Shown piece after piece: positions 38,700-50,979 of a stretch of DNA of 64,000 nt (positions within the stretch are counted from its first letter, which is position 1; the number at the start of each line of letters is the position of its first letter). This DNA comes from Octopus sinensis. Taxonomy: Eukaryota. The notes under the pieces were generated by a model that saw only the letters and a program-made list of their open reading frames with translations, had not been told where the DNA came from and did not search any database. The position numbers were made by a program, and so were the translations under genes. Location: contig NC_043001.1 of assembly GCF_006345805.1 (NCBI RefSeq), positions 88,598,001-88,662,000 on the forward strand. The letters run 5' to 3'.

Positions 38700-39030
38700 T
38701 TGTAGAAAATGTGAACAGTAGATTTGGCTAAGCAGGTGCTGTATTCCAGCATATGCACCAAATCTTGCCAATAATAAGTATCTGTACTGAATAAATTGTG
38801 CAATGGTTTTGCTAATTTCTCCATATTTCAATGGAAAAGGACAATGTGCCAGCCAATAAGCAAACAGGGAATGCATTGACAGGGCCACTGTGAGATGTTA
38901 AATGAAAGAGCCAAAACAACCAGTACTGGACATGCTAGGAAGATTTCAGATGTGTGAGGACCGGTTAGAAGATTGTGGAAGAACTGCAGCAGATTGACCA
39001 TACTAGGAGAAGCCTGATGTATTATGAATT
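38700..39030 (+). mobile_element. Highly decayed non-LTR RT C-terminal fragment (RTE-like)
   Basis: RFG*AGAVFQHMHQIL..SI and KTTSTGHARKISDV resemble the RIGKAxAVF..L.KIW and ETW....LD.F motifs of RTE RTs. Confidence 0.4.
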
Positions 39031-39159
39031 TCAATGTAGGAGGATCTAAATTTAAGTCAAATGTCTTCGTAATATGTATATAGTTATATGTGAGTGCAAC
39101 GTACATATATATATGTTAATATATGTATGTATTTGTGTGTGTATGTACATTATTATTAA

Positions 39160-39570
39160 GGTACAGCTGTGACTGTGGTTAAGAGTTCCCTTCCCAATCA
39201 TGTGGCTTTGAATTCAATCCCATTGCATGGTACTTTGGGCATGGATCTTCTGCTATAGCCCCAAGCCAATCAAGGCTTTGTGAGTAGATGTGGCAGACGG
39301 AAACTGAAAGAAGTGAACCACATGTGTGTTTGTATGTGTGAGTGTGTGTGTGCATATCTTTATCTGTGTTTATTTACATTTGCACTTCTTCAAAAGCTGT
39401 AAGCAGTGATGTCATTTCTCCATGTGTGCTGCCTTTGCACCTTCAAATAAGAGATTGTTTCCTTGAAAATCCTCTAAGGGCTAGCAACAGGAAGAGCATC
39501 CAGCTATAAAACATTAACTCCATATTATGTTCATCTCACACATACAAGCATGGAAAAACAGATGTAAAAA
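39160..39570 (+). mobile_element. tRNA-derived SINE with an RTE-type tail
   Basis: gtgactgtggttaagag...ttcaatcccattgcatggtactttgggc...gacggaaactgaaagaag...ggaagagcatccagcta. Confidence 0.7.
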
Positions 39571-40701
39571 TAAACAAAGAAAAAATATATATGAATGCAT
39601 ATCATTTCCTCAATTCCTCTATCCTTATCTGCAACATTGATTCAGATTTTGAATCTCAATGTGTCAATGTGACATTTCTTCTTTCATCAAGAATACCTTC
39701 AATTGGTTGTGGACTCTACACTCTACCATGCTCAGGTCATCAACTACTCTATCCCACCCCTACTCTCAATGTGCACCTACAGACCAGATTCCGTTTCCTT
39801 CCCTTTCTACTTGTCCACTCTTCTATTGTATAACACATGTATCCATAACTTCTAAATACTACTCTCTGACTCTTACAACTGCTCTGATCTTTCTTACACC
39901 ACTTCTTTAAGACAGATTCAAACCTTGGCAAGACCTCAGCTAATTATAAGTCCCATGGCACTTGTCCATACACAGTCAAGCACTTTTAAATGCATTCACC
40001 TGTTATTTCTACAGTTATCACTGCCCTTAAGTCACAGTACCACCTCACACAAAGCTTCTGCTGCACATCTGTCAGTGTGATATACTGCATCATCTACAAT
40101 CTTTAGGGTACTTTTTACACAAGCAAATCAAACCATTGCTTTGCTATTCGCTTTTGCACACACATTCAGTTTCCTACTATATATCTCAGGTCAACTCATA
40201 ACCACACACTTCAGTACAACAGACCAATCTATGATCCACTTATCAGTCTATGACATCTCTACACACAACGGAGCCACAAAGTCAAAGAAATATGAAAGGA
40301 ACAATTCTTATTCAAACTTAGAACCCTGGCACTGGTGGGTTTGTATGAATCCCTTATCCATATATAACCTGCCCACTGAACTGCCTTTCTACCATAATCT
40401 TACCACCAATCCTACTCCTAATTTTACATACCCATCAACTTTAGAAATAAGTCTCCTTTCTTTCCCCTTTCACTCTCTTCCTTTCTTCCCTTGTCTATTT
40501 CTATTCCCTTCTCTGACTACCTACACCTTGTACTCTTCCCCCCCCCCACCATCTATTTTGCACTTAAATCTCCCCATCTGACATCTCTTTATCCTATCCT
40601 TATCATTACACACTGAGTTCACAATCATGAAGCATCTCTGATGACACCTTTAATGAAACAACTGTGGCCATGTTGTGAGAGTATGAATAAATTGATATTA
40701 T

Positions 40702-40744
<43 letters not shown>

Positions 40745-41296
40745 GTGTGGTGTCCTTGTGCCTGGATTTATGGTTGAATAGGTAACTGTATAGTAATGTA
40801 ACCAATTTTCTATTGAACACTCTGTACTTTGTTATGCCATGTTTGTTTAGTGTAGTGTGTGTGAAAATAAACACAATGTTTATCGACCTTTAAGCTGAGT
40901 TTCTTTCACAAGCATGTTCAGATTGTGATTTAAAATCATTCTAGCTGTTAATCAGTAGTCTTATCTTTACTATTGTCTCTCTCACTCATTAGTTCATACC
41001 TCTTATTAGTTATCCTCATACTTTACAGCATCTTAAAACATTAATTTTGATACATTTCACCTTTTGTATTAGATTCACAGTCCTCAAGTGGCCAACCTCA
41101 TCATTATGAAACCTCTCATGCCATTTTCCCTATCAAAATGCAAAATATGTGAAGCTTTGAGACTTCATATAGCACCCTTAGCCATTGTATACTTCAGCAC
41201 TACTCTTAGTTACCAGTTTGCAACCTTGTGGGAACATATATCTCTATTCTAGTCTATTTTCTCTTAAATCTTGTTTATTTATGTCATTGTTGATAG

Positions 41297-42222
41297 ACTC
41301 TAGTGAAAGTAGTTTGGAAGATTTGAATGAACAAAGAACATTGGACAAATATGGAGAAGATCAAGCACCAGCTCGGCCTCAACCTTCCGCTCCTCCATTA
41401 AATTACTCGGATACAGCTTCAACACCATCTCCCAGTTTGGTTTCCAGGCCACATCGTAGAGCTCCAATGAGAGCAAAACCAATTGATCTACCTGAGGAAT
41501 CACCTACGTTCCATACCACCCCTCCATATCAGCCAGAGCAAACTTCAAAGAAAACAGGCATGAACAAACTTCACCGTCCCTTTGAAGTACCTGTTTTTAA
41601 TGACAGAGGCATTGGTTTGCCCAAATTGCAACCAGTAACTATGGTAGCTAAACCAAATGCCCAGTTTTCTCCACATCGCTTCAAAACAAGTTCTGATGTC
41701 CAAATCACTAATTATGCTTCCAACTTACCTTTCTTAAGATCAACACCAAGTCATAGTAAGCTAGGATTTAAAGATCTACATGAACTTCAACCTCAGTATT
41801 CCTATGATCAAATGAAATATTTCCCAGGTGGCCAAAATCAAAGACAACACTACATGCAATCTCCTCAATATTCACCTGTGAACCCTAAGACTCGTTTTGA
41901 ACAGTTTTATGATAGATCCTCTGAGTATGCTGTTCTTCATTCAGTACCTATGCCACAGCCAGCAAGTATATATGGTAGTATTTCAATGCCATCTTTGTGT
42001 GATATTGACCCTTTGGTGCCAGTGTCATATGTCAGGGATCCCAGATATGCACATACTCAGTCCCACTTTTTAAACAGAAAACACAATACTCATTTAGCAC
42101 CTGGTTGCAATCAAATGTCAGCATCTGACTACAATCTCCACAACATCTCAGATAATGTTGGTTTTGAAAACCTGTTCTCAACACCTATGTATGGAGCACC
42201 TCAAGCACATCGGAGATTTTAA
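41297..42222 (+). CDS. Large S/P/Q/Y-rich coding exon (308 aa to stop), probable alternative CaMKII linker or terminal exon
   Basis: 926 nt open reading frame in repeat-free, GC-elevated sequence. The acceptor ttgatag|AC opens in phase 1, matching exon 24353-24395. An internal phase-1 donor ATA|GTAAGC lies after 41755. Membership in CaMKII is inferred. Confidence 0.7.
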
Positions 42223-42999
42223 CTCTGATACACTGATTTCTTATCGCTTGCTATCATCATCCTCACAACTAGCTTCTTTCTTCTGACTGATGTTCAAATG
42301 GTACAGTTAATCCTCAATGAATAGAAAGAGACAGCAGACCTGCTTTTGGTTCCCAATTGGAAGTTAGTGTTCTAATGATGCTAGAAGAGGCATCAAAGTC
42401 TCAACGTTGAATTTTTTCTTATCCTTACTAAGCAAAGCTTCAGTGAAAGATTACAGAACCAGTAGCATATCAGACAAAATATCTGTGTAGTGTTCAGTTT
42501 TGCCTTTTGATTTAATCAACTCTATGCAATGAGGGTTGATTAAATCAAACACACTATCCTCCAGTATTTCTGCTATTGTGGCAAAATTAGAAATTATTAT
42601 TAGGATTATCTACTATAGAATCAAAGAAGCTACCAAGGAGCTGAGAAAGATACCAGAATCTAAAAGAACTAATGACCATCTGTGTTAACAGACCTCTGTT
42701 CAGTAAAGTTCACAAAATACCTGAAATCTTAGAATTCTCTTCTATCTATATCATCATAACATATTTTTAAACTTTATCCATGAGCTGATTCAGTATCATT
42801 GTTTCAGTTCTCAAAGAGGGAAAAACTATTTTTAGAAAAGTAGAAACAGTGTAGTTAAAATATGTTCCATCTCTAAAGGTGGGGTTAATAGTCCAAAAAA
42901 TTATGATCATATTAACTATAACTCAACTCTGTCACTTAAACTTTGGATGGTATGCAGTCTTATTTCAGTCCCTGATAAACATCATCATCATTATTGTTC

Positions 43000-43005
<6 letters not shown>

Positions 43006-43046
<41 letters not shown>

Positions 43047-43084
43047 CATTATTACTATTACTATTATTATTATTATTATTATTA
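43006..43084. repeat. (TAT)n microsatellite
   Basis: Direct reading. Confidence 0.95.
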
Positions 43085-43172
43085 ATTTTGGATGTTCATC
43101 AGGGCATCTATTTTGATGTCTAAAAAGTGGCATGTTAAGAACTCTGTCAGTTTTTCTGTTCTGTTGTTGCAG

Positions 43173-43226
43173 GTCTCAAATATGCCTTACATACAACTTC
43201 ATACAGTGCTCTGATATATCTCCATA
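43173..43226 (+). CDS. Candidate 54-nt phase 1-1 cassette exon (G/S-LKYALHTTSYSALIYLH)
   Basis: tttttctgttctgttgttgcag acceptor, ATA|GTAACA donor, frame-preserving. No homology recognised. Confidence 0.25.
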
Positions 43227-43680
43227 GTAACAAGATCAATACTTATGTAGAATTAGAATTCATTCAACAACTATTTATCCATTTTCAAAGACAACCATTT
43301 AAAAATAAAAATCACACTCCCACATGCACACACTAAAATAATGACTATAACAAGCTTGTATCCATACTTGAGTTAATTTATGTTGCTGTTGTCATTCTTC
43401 TAGTTAACAATGAATGCATTACCTGAGGAATAAAATCAACAAACTGATTTATAGTCTTGTGTAACTATGGATGCAGAGTTGTCATAAAAATTCAGGATGA
43501 GCCCCCATTGTTGCACTCTTTTATCCATCCTTTTATATTCTTGTTATATCCTAACAAGAACCTAGTTATTAACCTTGTGTAACCATTTATAAGTTCTTTA
43601 TAATTGAAGTTCTTTTCTATTAATCATAGTTGCAGTGTTTTTCTTTTTTTTTTATATTGGGTTTGTTTGCTTTTAAACAG

Positions 43681-43727
43681 AATATGGCACAAGCTTAATT
43701 ACCCAAGATTTATGGGAGACTGTTTAG
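43681..43727 (+). CDS. Candidate terminal exon (K/E-YGTSLITQDLWETV-stop)
   Basis: A long U tract plus ttttaaacag acceptor. The phase-1 reading ends at TAG 43725-43727, and AATAAA plus a GU-rich element lie about 240 nt downstream. Confidence 0.35.
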
Positions 43728-43966
43728 AAGTTTGAATTTAACCACTACATCCTATACTACACTTACATACGCATGTGGAAATATATTAATATATGGCATG
43801 TTTGGCTAAATACATGACAAAGTCTATTGACCAGTTTAATGTTCAGCTCATCTGATTGTCTGATGTCTCTCACCAGGTCAAAATTGTAAACAGCTCAACA
43901 TTAAAGTGGTTCATTGACTTTCCAGTTATGCATTCTAAAACATATGCAAAAAAGAATTTCATTCCT

Positions 43967-43997
43967 AATAAATCGTATTTTTGTGTTTGTGCGTGTA
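43967..43997 (+). terminator. Candidate polyadenylation signal with a downstream GU-rich element
   Basis: AATAAA at 43967-43972 followed by tttttgtgtttgtgcgtgt. Confidence 0.35.
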
Positions 43998-45089
43998 TTT
44001 ACATACATATATATATATGCTTGCATATCAATCTATCTAATCTATCCACACATACCCATATACATACACACACAAATATAAAAATAGAAATTTTTGCAAA
44101 TGTTTACACTTGCAGAGAGAGAACAATTAACAACAGAGTTAAGTGAGATTGAACTCATATCTCATGGTTTATCTACAGAGTATTCTTCACTATTCATTCT
44201 CTTCCTAAATTTATACTTATGTATTTACATTTCAAAATCATTCATCAACAACTTTCAGTTTGGTTTCCTTAATATGAGCCATGGGAAAAGGAAATATTTT
44301 GCATTTGACTGTGGTTCTCTTTACAAATATTTAGTGTGGAGATAGCTTCTCGTCCACAAAGATGTACTGAAACAAATTGGTGAGGCATTTATGAATTGAC
44401 TTAGATGACATATGAGTGTGTGTGTGTGGTCAGTCCCACCAACCACTACTGTTTATCATTATACCTTTCTTTCTCCATCACTCTGTCCCTCTCTTTTATT
44501 ATGACATCTGTGTAACAAAGGAAAGCCTCGGAAATGTGTTCAATACTTACTACTCCTTTGTGGATTATCATAATTTTCTCACCCTCATTTTGCAGTTCAT
44601 TGACATCTCCCACTCACTCAGTCACTCTCTCTTACCATTGCTGATCTTTGCTGCTACCCATAAGTTGCTCTCTCACTTATGACCACCCATTTTTATTGCT
44701 ATCCTTCAATCCTTCATTCTCCTTTATTCTATGTCATCCCCTGTCACTCTTTGTTGACATGCATCAATCTCCCTCTGTTTATCACATTGTCTCTTCTTAA
44801 CATGGAGCTACCTGTCATGGTTTTCCATTACTCAATCACCTTGTTCTTACCACTCTGTCTCCTTTCATCACTCATTCTTATCCTCTTTTTTCTATTTACA
44901 CTCTTGGTCATGTTTGCTCTGAGCAAACAGAGATAACTTGTCTTGCAAGAGACAAAGGAACCTCTTTAGTGCTGATTCCCTGATAAAATATATCCAGTAC
45001 ACTCTGTAAAGTGCTTGGCAAATGAACAGAGATAATGTAGAGTGGAGAGGGCTCTTTGAACTTTCTGGAAAGCTGACAACCACCCTAGT

Positions 45090-45280
45090 GCTGGTACCAT
45101 GTGAAAATGAATGCAGTGCATTCTGGAAAGTGATTGGTGTTGAAAAGGGCATCCAGCCACAGAAACTGAATAAGCAAGGTGTGGTCCTGTAACCCATCTA
45201 GAAGTGTACCTCCAAATTAGAACTGATATGGATCATGACAACCCATCAGATCTATGTCAGTTTGAAAATGTTGATGATAT
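45090..45280 (+). mobile_element. RTE-type 3' tail
   Basis: gtgattggtgttgaaaagggcatccagccacagaaac...aaaatgttgatgat. Confidence 0.6.
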
Positions 45281-46136
45281 ATACACACATCTATGGTGGA
45301 TATTGTTGGTAGAGGTGGGAAACTCATGGTAAACCATGGGAAACTATGATTGTCACAGCTCCATTTTCCGTCCCTGTAATGTCATGACTGGGCTTGCAAA
45401 TGGATTTATCATAGTGGGTATAACCAAGAGATTTTGTATTTTTATACAAAATCTCTTGGTTTTCCTGCTTGGCTTCTCCTTAAATTGTTCTCTTTCTCGC
45501 ATACTTGTGTATTCATTGTATATTATTCTTACTTAGCATTTTGATACACACAAAGACATACATACTTGCACATGTGCACACACATGTGTGTATAATATAT
45601 ATATATATGTAAGAGAATGACTGTGAAAAAATATTCAAGGGTGTTTGCTGCATGAAAATTTGTGAGTAAAGTGGACACTAGCATCCTTGATATAGTAAGC
45701 CAAGAAATTTTAATTAATCAAAATTACAATCTCAGCCATGAGAATGATTGTTTTCCAAATGGCTAATTTCGGTCATAAAATGCCAGAGGAGAACAAGCAA
45801 TGAATCTTAATTAATTAAAATTTTAATTAGATATGAAAAGGAATGGGAAGTGAACCTGATATAATATATATATATATATAACACAAAAGAAATTACTATA
45901 TATGTAAAATATGTATGTATATATACACTCACATGCACAGGTGTTAAATCCTCTTTAAATAATATATAAACTGGAAGATTACAATTTTTAACTCACAAAC
46001 TATACAAGGTGTGTATAATTACTATTTGCTTCCTGAAACAAACCCATTTGTACAAAAAGGTAAATTAATCTGTAAACATAGTTTTTATATGGATTTATAT
46101 TCTTCTTTTCATTTTCTACAATTGTTTGTACTCCTT

Positions 46137-46330
46137 TGGCAGAATCAGTAGAGCATCGGACAAAATGGCTCTACATTTGGAGTTCAAATTCCACTAAGGT
46201 CAACCTTGCCTTTCATCCCTCTAGAGGTTGATAAAATAAAGTACCAGTCTGTACTGGGGTCAGTTTTATTGACTAGCCCTTTCAAATTTCTAGCCTTGTG
46301 TCTATGTGTCTATGTTAGAAACAATTTATA
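46137..46330 (+). mobile_element. SINE (same family as 34431-34890, opposite orientation)
   Basis: ggcagaatcagtagagcatcggacaaaatg...gagttcaaattccactaaggtcaaccttgcctttcatcc...taaagtaccagtctgtactggggtc. Confidence 0.75.
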
Positions 46331-47642
46331 TTATTATCATCATTATTATTATTATTACTGTTGTATTATTTTTTGTAATGATTTCTTTATTTTTTAATTG
46401 CACAAATAAATTTTTAATCTCTTTGATATCACAATTATACATTCTCTTGTTTTAGATTTTTGTTAAAATGATTCTTGATGGGAGAAGCAAAACTCATTTA
46501 AGTGTGGGGCAGGGGGGGATGACACAACAAGCAAAAGGAAACGGAAAGGAAAAGATACTTCAACTCTTCTTTTCAGGTAGTGAGATAAATTATAGTCATT
46601 AACTGACTCATAATTATGAAACATCCACTGAATTTACAGTTCAGACACACATGCACTGCTTCTATCATATTTACCTATAATATAGGAATATATATTCCTG
46701 CTTATATATATATATTACCTGGAGGATTTGTGTGTATGAGCAATGGATTCTAGAAAAATAATGATTTCTTCTATTATTCCAAAATTTTGAGGATAGTTCA
46801 AAGATGACATACAAAAGTAAAACAACAAATAAAAAACAGTGAGCAACTTGCATCAAGTAAAAGACTGGAATTAACAATAATAGTAAAGACACAATAATAA
46901 AGAGACTACAAAAATAAAAAGTAAGAGTAAATTGAAATAACAATATAATAAGAGAAGGATCCCAAGGATACATGGGGCAACCTCATAGGACACCCGAAAC
47001 ATAACCCTGGATTACCAAAGGCAAGTCCCTTCTCCCAGTTCTTGCTGCATTGTTAGAGTACACCAAATTTAGGCATTTACATGCACCTTTCATAAGACAT
47101 ATTGGAAGGAAACACCTCCCATTCTACTTTCACTTTCTTTCTAAAGCAGAACTTGAATGACTTGATGAGACTTTGAACTAAGGAAAAAGCTCTGCCTATA
47201 AATGTTTAAATTGTACCCCACCACCACACACACACACACACACAACATCCTTTATCATAGTTATCAGGTAATGCAAGACTACTATTCATTCTTCCTTACC
47301 AAAGAAGGGCAGTGGATCAGTCTTCACAGCATGCTCACTGATAGCCAGATCTGCCCTGCAATTTAAATCCACAAAGCAGTAATGCATGAACTCTGAATGT
47401 GTGCTGGACGGTTTATTTATCTACTCATTTATAATTTTTTTATTATAATTAATATCATAATTATTATATGTTAAAGTAGCACTAGAAGCCATTATTATCA
47501 TTATTATTTTATCTATTCTATGCTAGAGTTACCTTTTATTAGCAGGAAGTGTAGTTACAACCACCGCAGTTATTGATTAAAACATCTAGAAGATTTGTAA
47601 TGCAAATGTACATATTAGTGTGCATGTGTACTTTTGCTATTT

Positions 47643-47670
47643 TCTCTCTTTCTCTCTCTCTCTCTTTCTC

Positions 47671-47738
<68 letters not shown>
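47643..47738. repeat. (CT)n microsatellite
   Basis: Direct reading. It explains the poly-ER ORF. Confidence 0.95.
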
Positions 47739-47740
<2 letters not shown>

Positions 47741-47900
47741 ATCTATTATATTTACACATATATTTCTAAATTTCACTTCAATATGACATAAAATCTGTTT
47801 TCTATTTTGAATATCTATTTCCTCTGTAATTGAAATTGTTGTCTGCCATTGTTAACGAGATTTTCTTAATTATTATTTTCTGTTTTGTCATTAAAAAAAG

Positions 47901-47909
47901 GGGTGAAAG
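47901..47909 (+). CDS. CaMKII: Candidate 9-nt CaMKII linker microexon (G-V-K)
   Basis: aag|GGGTGAAAG|GTTAGT. Phase 1-1 gives (G/R)VK, like the canonical DGVKES linker. The A-run before the acceptor is atypical. Confidence 0.4.
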
Positions 47910-47993
47910 GTTAGTAACCTACATTTTTCCTTCTGCATGCCTGAGCTTGCTCTAAATAATACATACTGAAGCCAAAATATGGCATTAACTTTT

Positions 47994-48037
<44 letters not shown>

Positions 48038-49639
48038 TTGTATATACATACTTGTATGTATGTATGTGTGTATATATATATATATATATATTTAAATATA
48101 TATATATATATATTAACACCAGACACGGAAAGGAAGAAATGGGTCTGTTTCTCTTTCACTTGCTTGTTTAATGAAGTAAGAAGGGCATAGACAGTGGGAG
48201 ACAGTTTGTAACCAACAGGTAGAATATTTGAAACTTCTATCACGGATGGTTTTAGAGGTCATCCTACAAGCTGCTAAATGACTTATTCAGAGAATTAATG
48301 TCAGTAATGTGACCTCAGCAAGTTCAAAATTTAAATCTTCAGCAACTCTGACAGTACTTTATTTAATAATAGTCATAATTTTTATTCAATAATAATGGTA
48401 ATAGTTTCTCCCTTATCATACTAATGACTCCCCACAGTTCTTAATTTATTTGTAGAAACGCTACTAGTTCCTTGACAGTCAACGTTTACAAACAGATTCT
48501 AAGTACTACTGAATAGAACAATCAAGACAGAAGTTTGTCACTTAGATTCCAGATTAGGTTCACAGTTTTGTGAAGAGAGGAATAACAAGTGGAAGGTGAC
48601 TAACTCCAGTTAGGTACAACACTTGAGTTCGTTTATCATTTATCATTGTCAGTGCTAAATTATAGAATATTAGTGAACAGTTTACAGAATAAGGATCCTC
48701 TGCTTACTGGCTCCAGTGGTAACTGCTATTTGTTGGCTAGCTCCAACACAGTATTCAAAGAATTGTTACTGTCTGGCTTCAGTAAGATAAGGGAAGTAAT
48801 ATGGTCTTATTTGTATGCAAATTTCTTCCAACCAACATCTGGAGAATAAATAACCTGGCTGATAAAGCTGCATGATATTTGAACTAAGATATAACTTTCT
48901 ACTTATAAACCGATAGAATAGACCTGGTTTAATACATCTAAATTATTAAAGAACAAAAAAAAAAACTTCCTAAAATCTGCATTCATGAGATTTTTATCAA
49001 TATGGATGCTGATTATGTGACTTTATTAAAGCAGTCATCCTAAAACCACTTCAATATTTGCTTTATTTTTATTTATAATTATTCATTTGTTTAATTTTAT
49101 TAATTATCTACCAGGTATATTCTATTACTGCATGACAATCTGTTGATCTAAATATGAATCTAAGGGATCAAAGAGAGAAACACATAACACATATGATGAA
49201 GAAGAGAGCGAGCTCAAGTTGAGACAGGATTTGTTTTACTGATATCAGTTGTAGCTGTAGCTGTTGTTGTCATCGTTGTTGCTGTTGTTGTTGGTCAGCT
49301 CTGCTTCAGTAGACCTCTAGTGAACTGGAAGATAATAATGAATCATTTGACCAACAATCTAGTTATGGTTATCTCATCTTCAGTATAGAACTTAATGTTA
49401 AAATAAGACAATATCTGTTTTTAGAAAAGTAAAAGTTTTACAAATTTTCCAAAGTTTTTGTGTAAAACAAAAGTGTTGAGGAACTGAAAGTGAAGAAATT
49501 GAAAAAATTAAAGAAATCTGTTCCAACCCCTTCTCTCATTTTTTAACCCTTTCATAACTCAGCTTAAAGGCTGCCTTCGCTACTATAGACTCACACCTTC
49601 AAAGGGGATCTTAGTTTTACAGGCTACATAGAAACTACA

Positions 49640-49830
49640 TTTGTACTGGTGCTGTAGAAAAGCACCCAGAACACTGTAAAGAGGTTTTGAATTAGGAAGG
49701 GCATCCAGCCATAGAAATCATGCCAAAGCAAGACATTGAAGCACAATGCAGTCCGCTGACCCGTTGGATCTTGTCAAACAATCCAACCCTTTGCATTGGA
49801 AGATGGATATTAAAAGTTGATGATCATCAT
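49640..49830 (+). mobile_element. RTE-type 3' tail
   Basis: ttaggaagggcatccagccatagaaatc...caatccaaccc...gatgatcatcat. Confidence 0.65.
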
Positions 49831-50645
49831 CATAAATAAAAATTAATTGAAAAAGAGACTAAAACACACATTACAGTAATGTTAGAGGTTATATAGTGTA
49901 ACTGCTGCATTTTACAGGCCATGTTATTATGTAGCAGTTCCATTTGTGGGTTATTCAACCTCTCTCTTAATGATGGTAAGAATTTTATTGAGAGAGATTT
50001 GGCCTTTACACTGAGCTTGTCAATTAACCAAGTCACTGGACATGCTTATGGCAGCCACTCTTTTGTTTTTTAAGTTTGTTGGGAGTTATTGTTTAACTCC
50101 ATATTAAACCTGACCCAGCAGATTCATGCAGCAAGGCATTTCAATCACGACCACTTCAGGTTTTATTCATTTAGTATTTCTGATGTATGTTATTCAGTGT
50201 GTCCTTCCTTTTTTTAAGGTGTAGGACATAGTATAAGGGAGATTTGGCTCTTATTTCTAGCAGGTTGAATAACTACATTGAGGATCCCTTATTGACTTGG
50301 TCTTATAAAGAGTTTGTTGAGGAAAATTCCCATATTACATGTGACTAAATAACTTCATGAAGGTTTTCTCATACGGTTTGCATAGTTGTTTCACTGACCT
50401 TTAACAACTGTTAGAGTATCCTAGATTTAATTAGTACATTCTTAAGTAAGTATTATATATTTAGCACAGCAATTGCAGAAATAAATACTTTTGAAATTGA
50501 TTCCATGATTTTTTTTTTTTATCTAATATTCAGCTTAGCTATCACATTTATGAAGAGAAATTTAAATATCATTATCTCTAAGAAATATTTTCAAATAGCT
50601 AATTTCTCTACAGAAATATATCCTTTCTTTGAAGAATTTTTTAAC

Positions 50646-50686
<41 letters not shown>

Positions 50687-50904
50687 GAGAGAGAGAGTGT
50701 GAGCCTAATTTTTGAAATGTCAAAATCTTAGACATATCAAAGATTTTTTTTTATCTATTTTACCTTTGAGAAAGGGTTGATCCTTTTGGTTTGGGATTGT
50801 ACTTTTACTTCTTTCACTAACATTCTCTTATCCACCTTTTCATTCTTTTTCTATTCTTTATACTTCTTTCTATCTTTCTATGTATACAATTTATACATAC
50901 ATAC

Positions 50905-50979
<75 letters not shown>

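Noticed and set aside
39018-39070. MNFNVGGSKF resembling a BTB/T1 domain start
   Set aside because: Only about 10 residues with no continuation, lying at the edge of a decayed LINE.
46503-46520. G-rich run as a possible G-quadruplex
   Set aside because: Only two separated G tracts.
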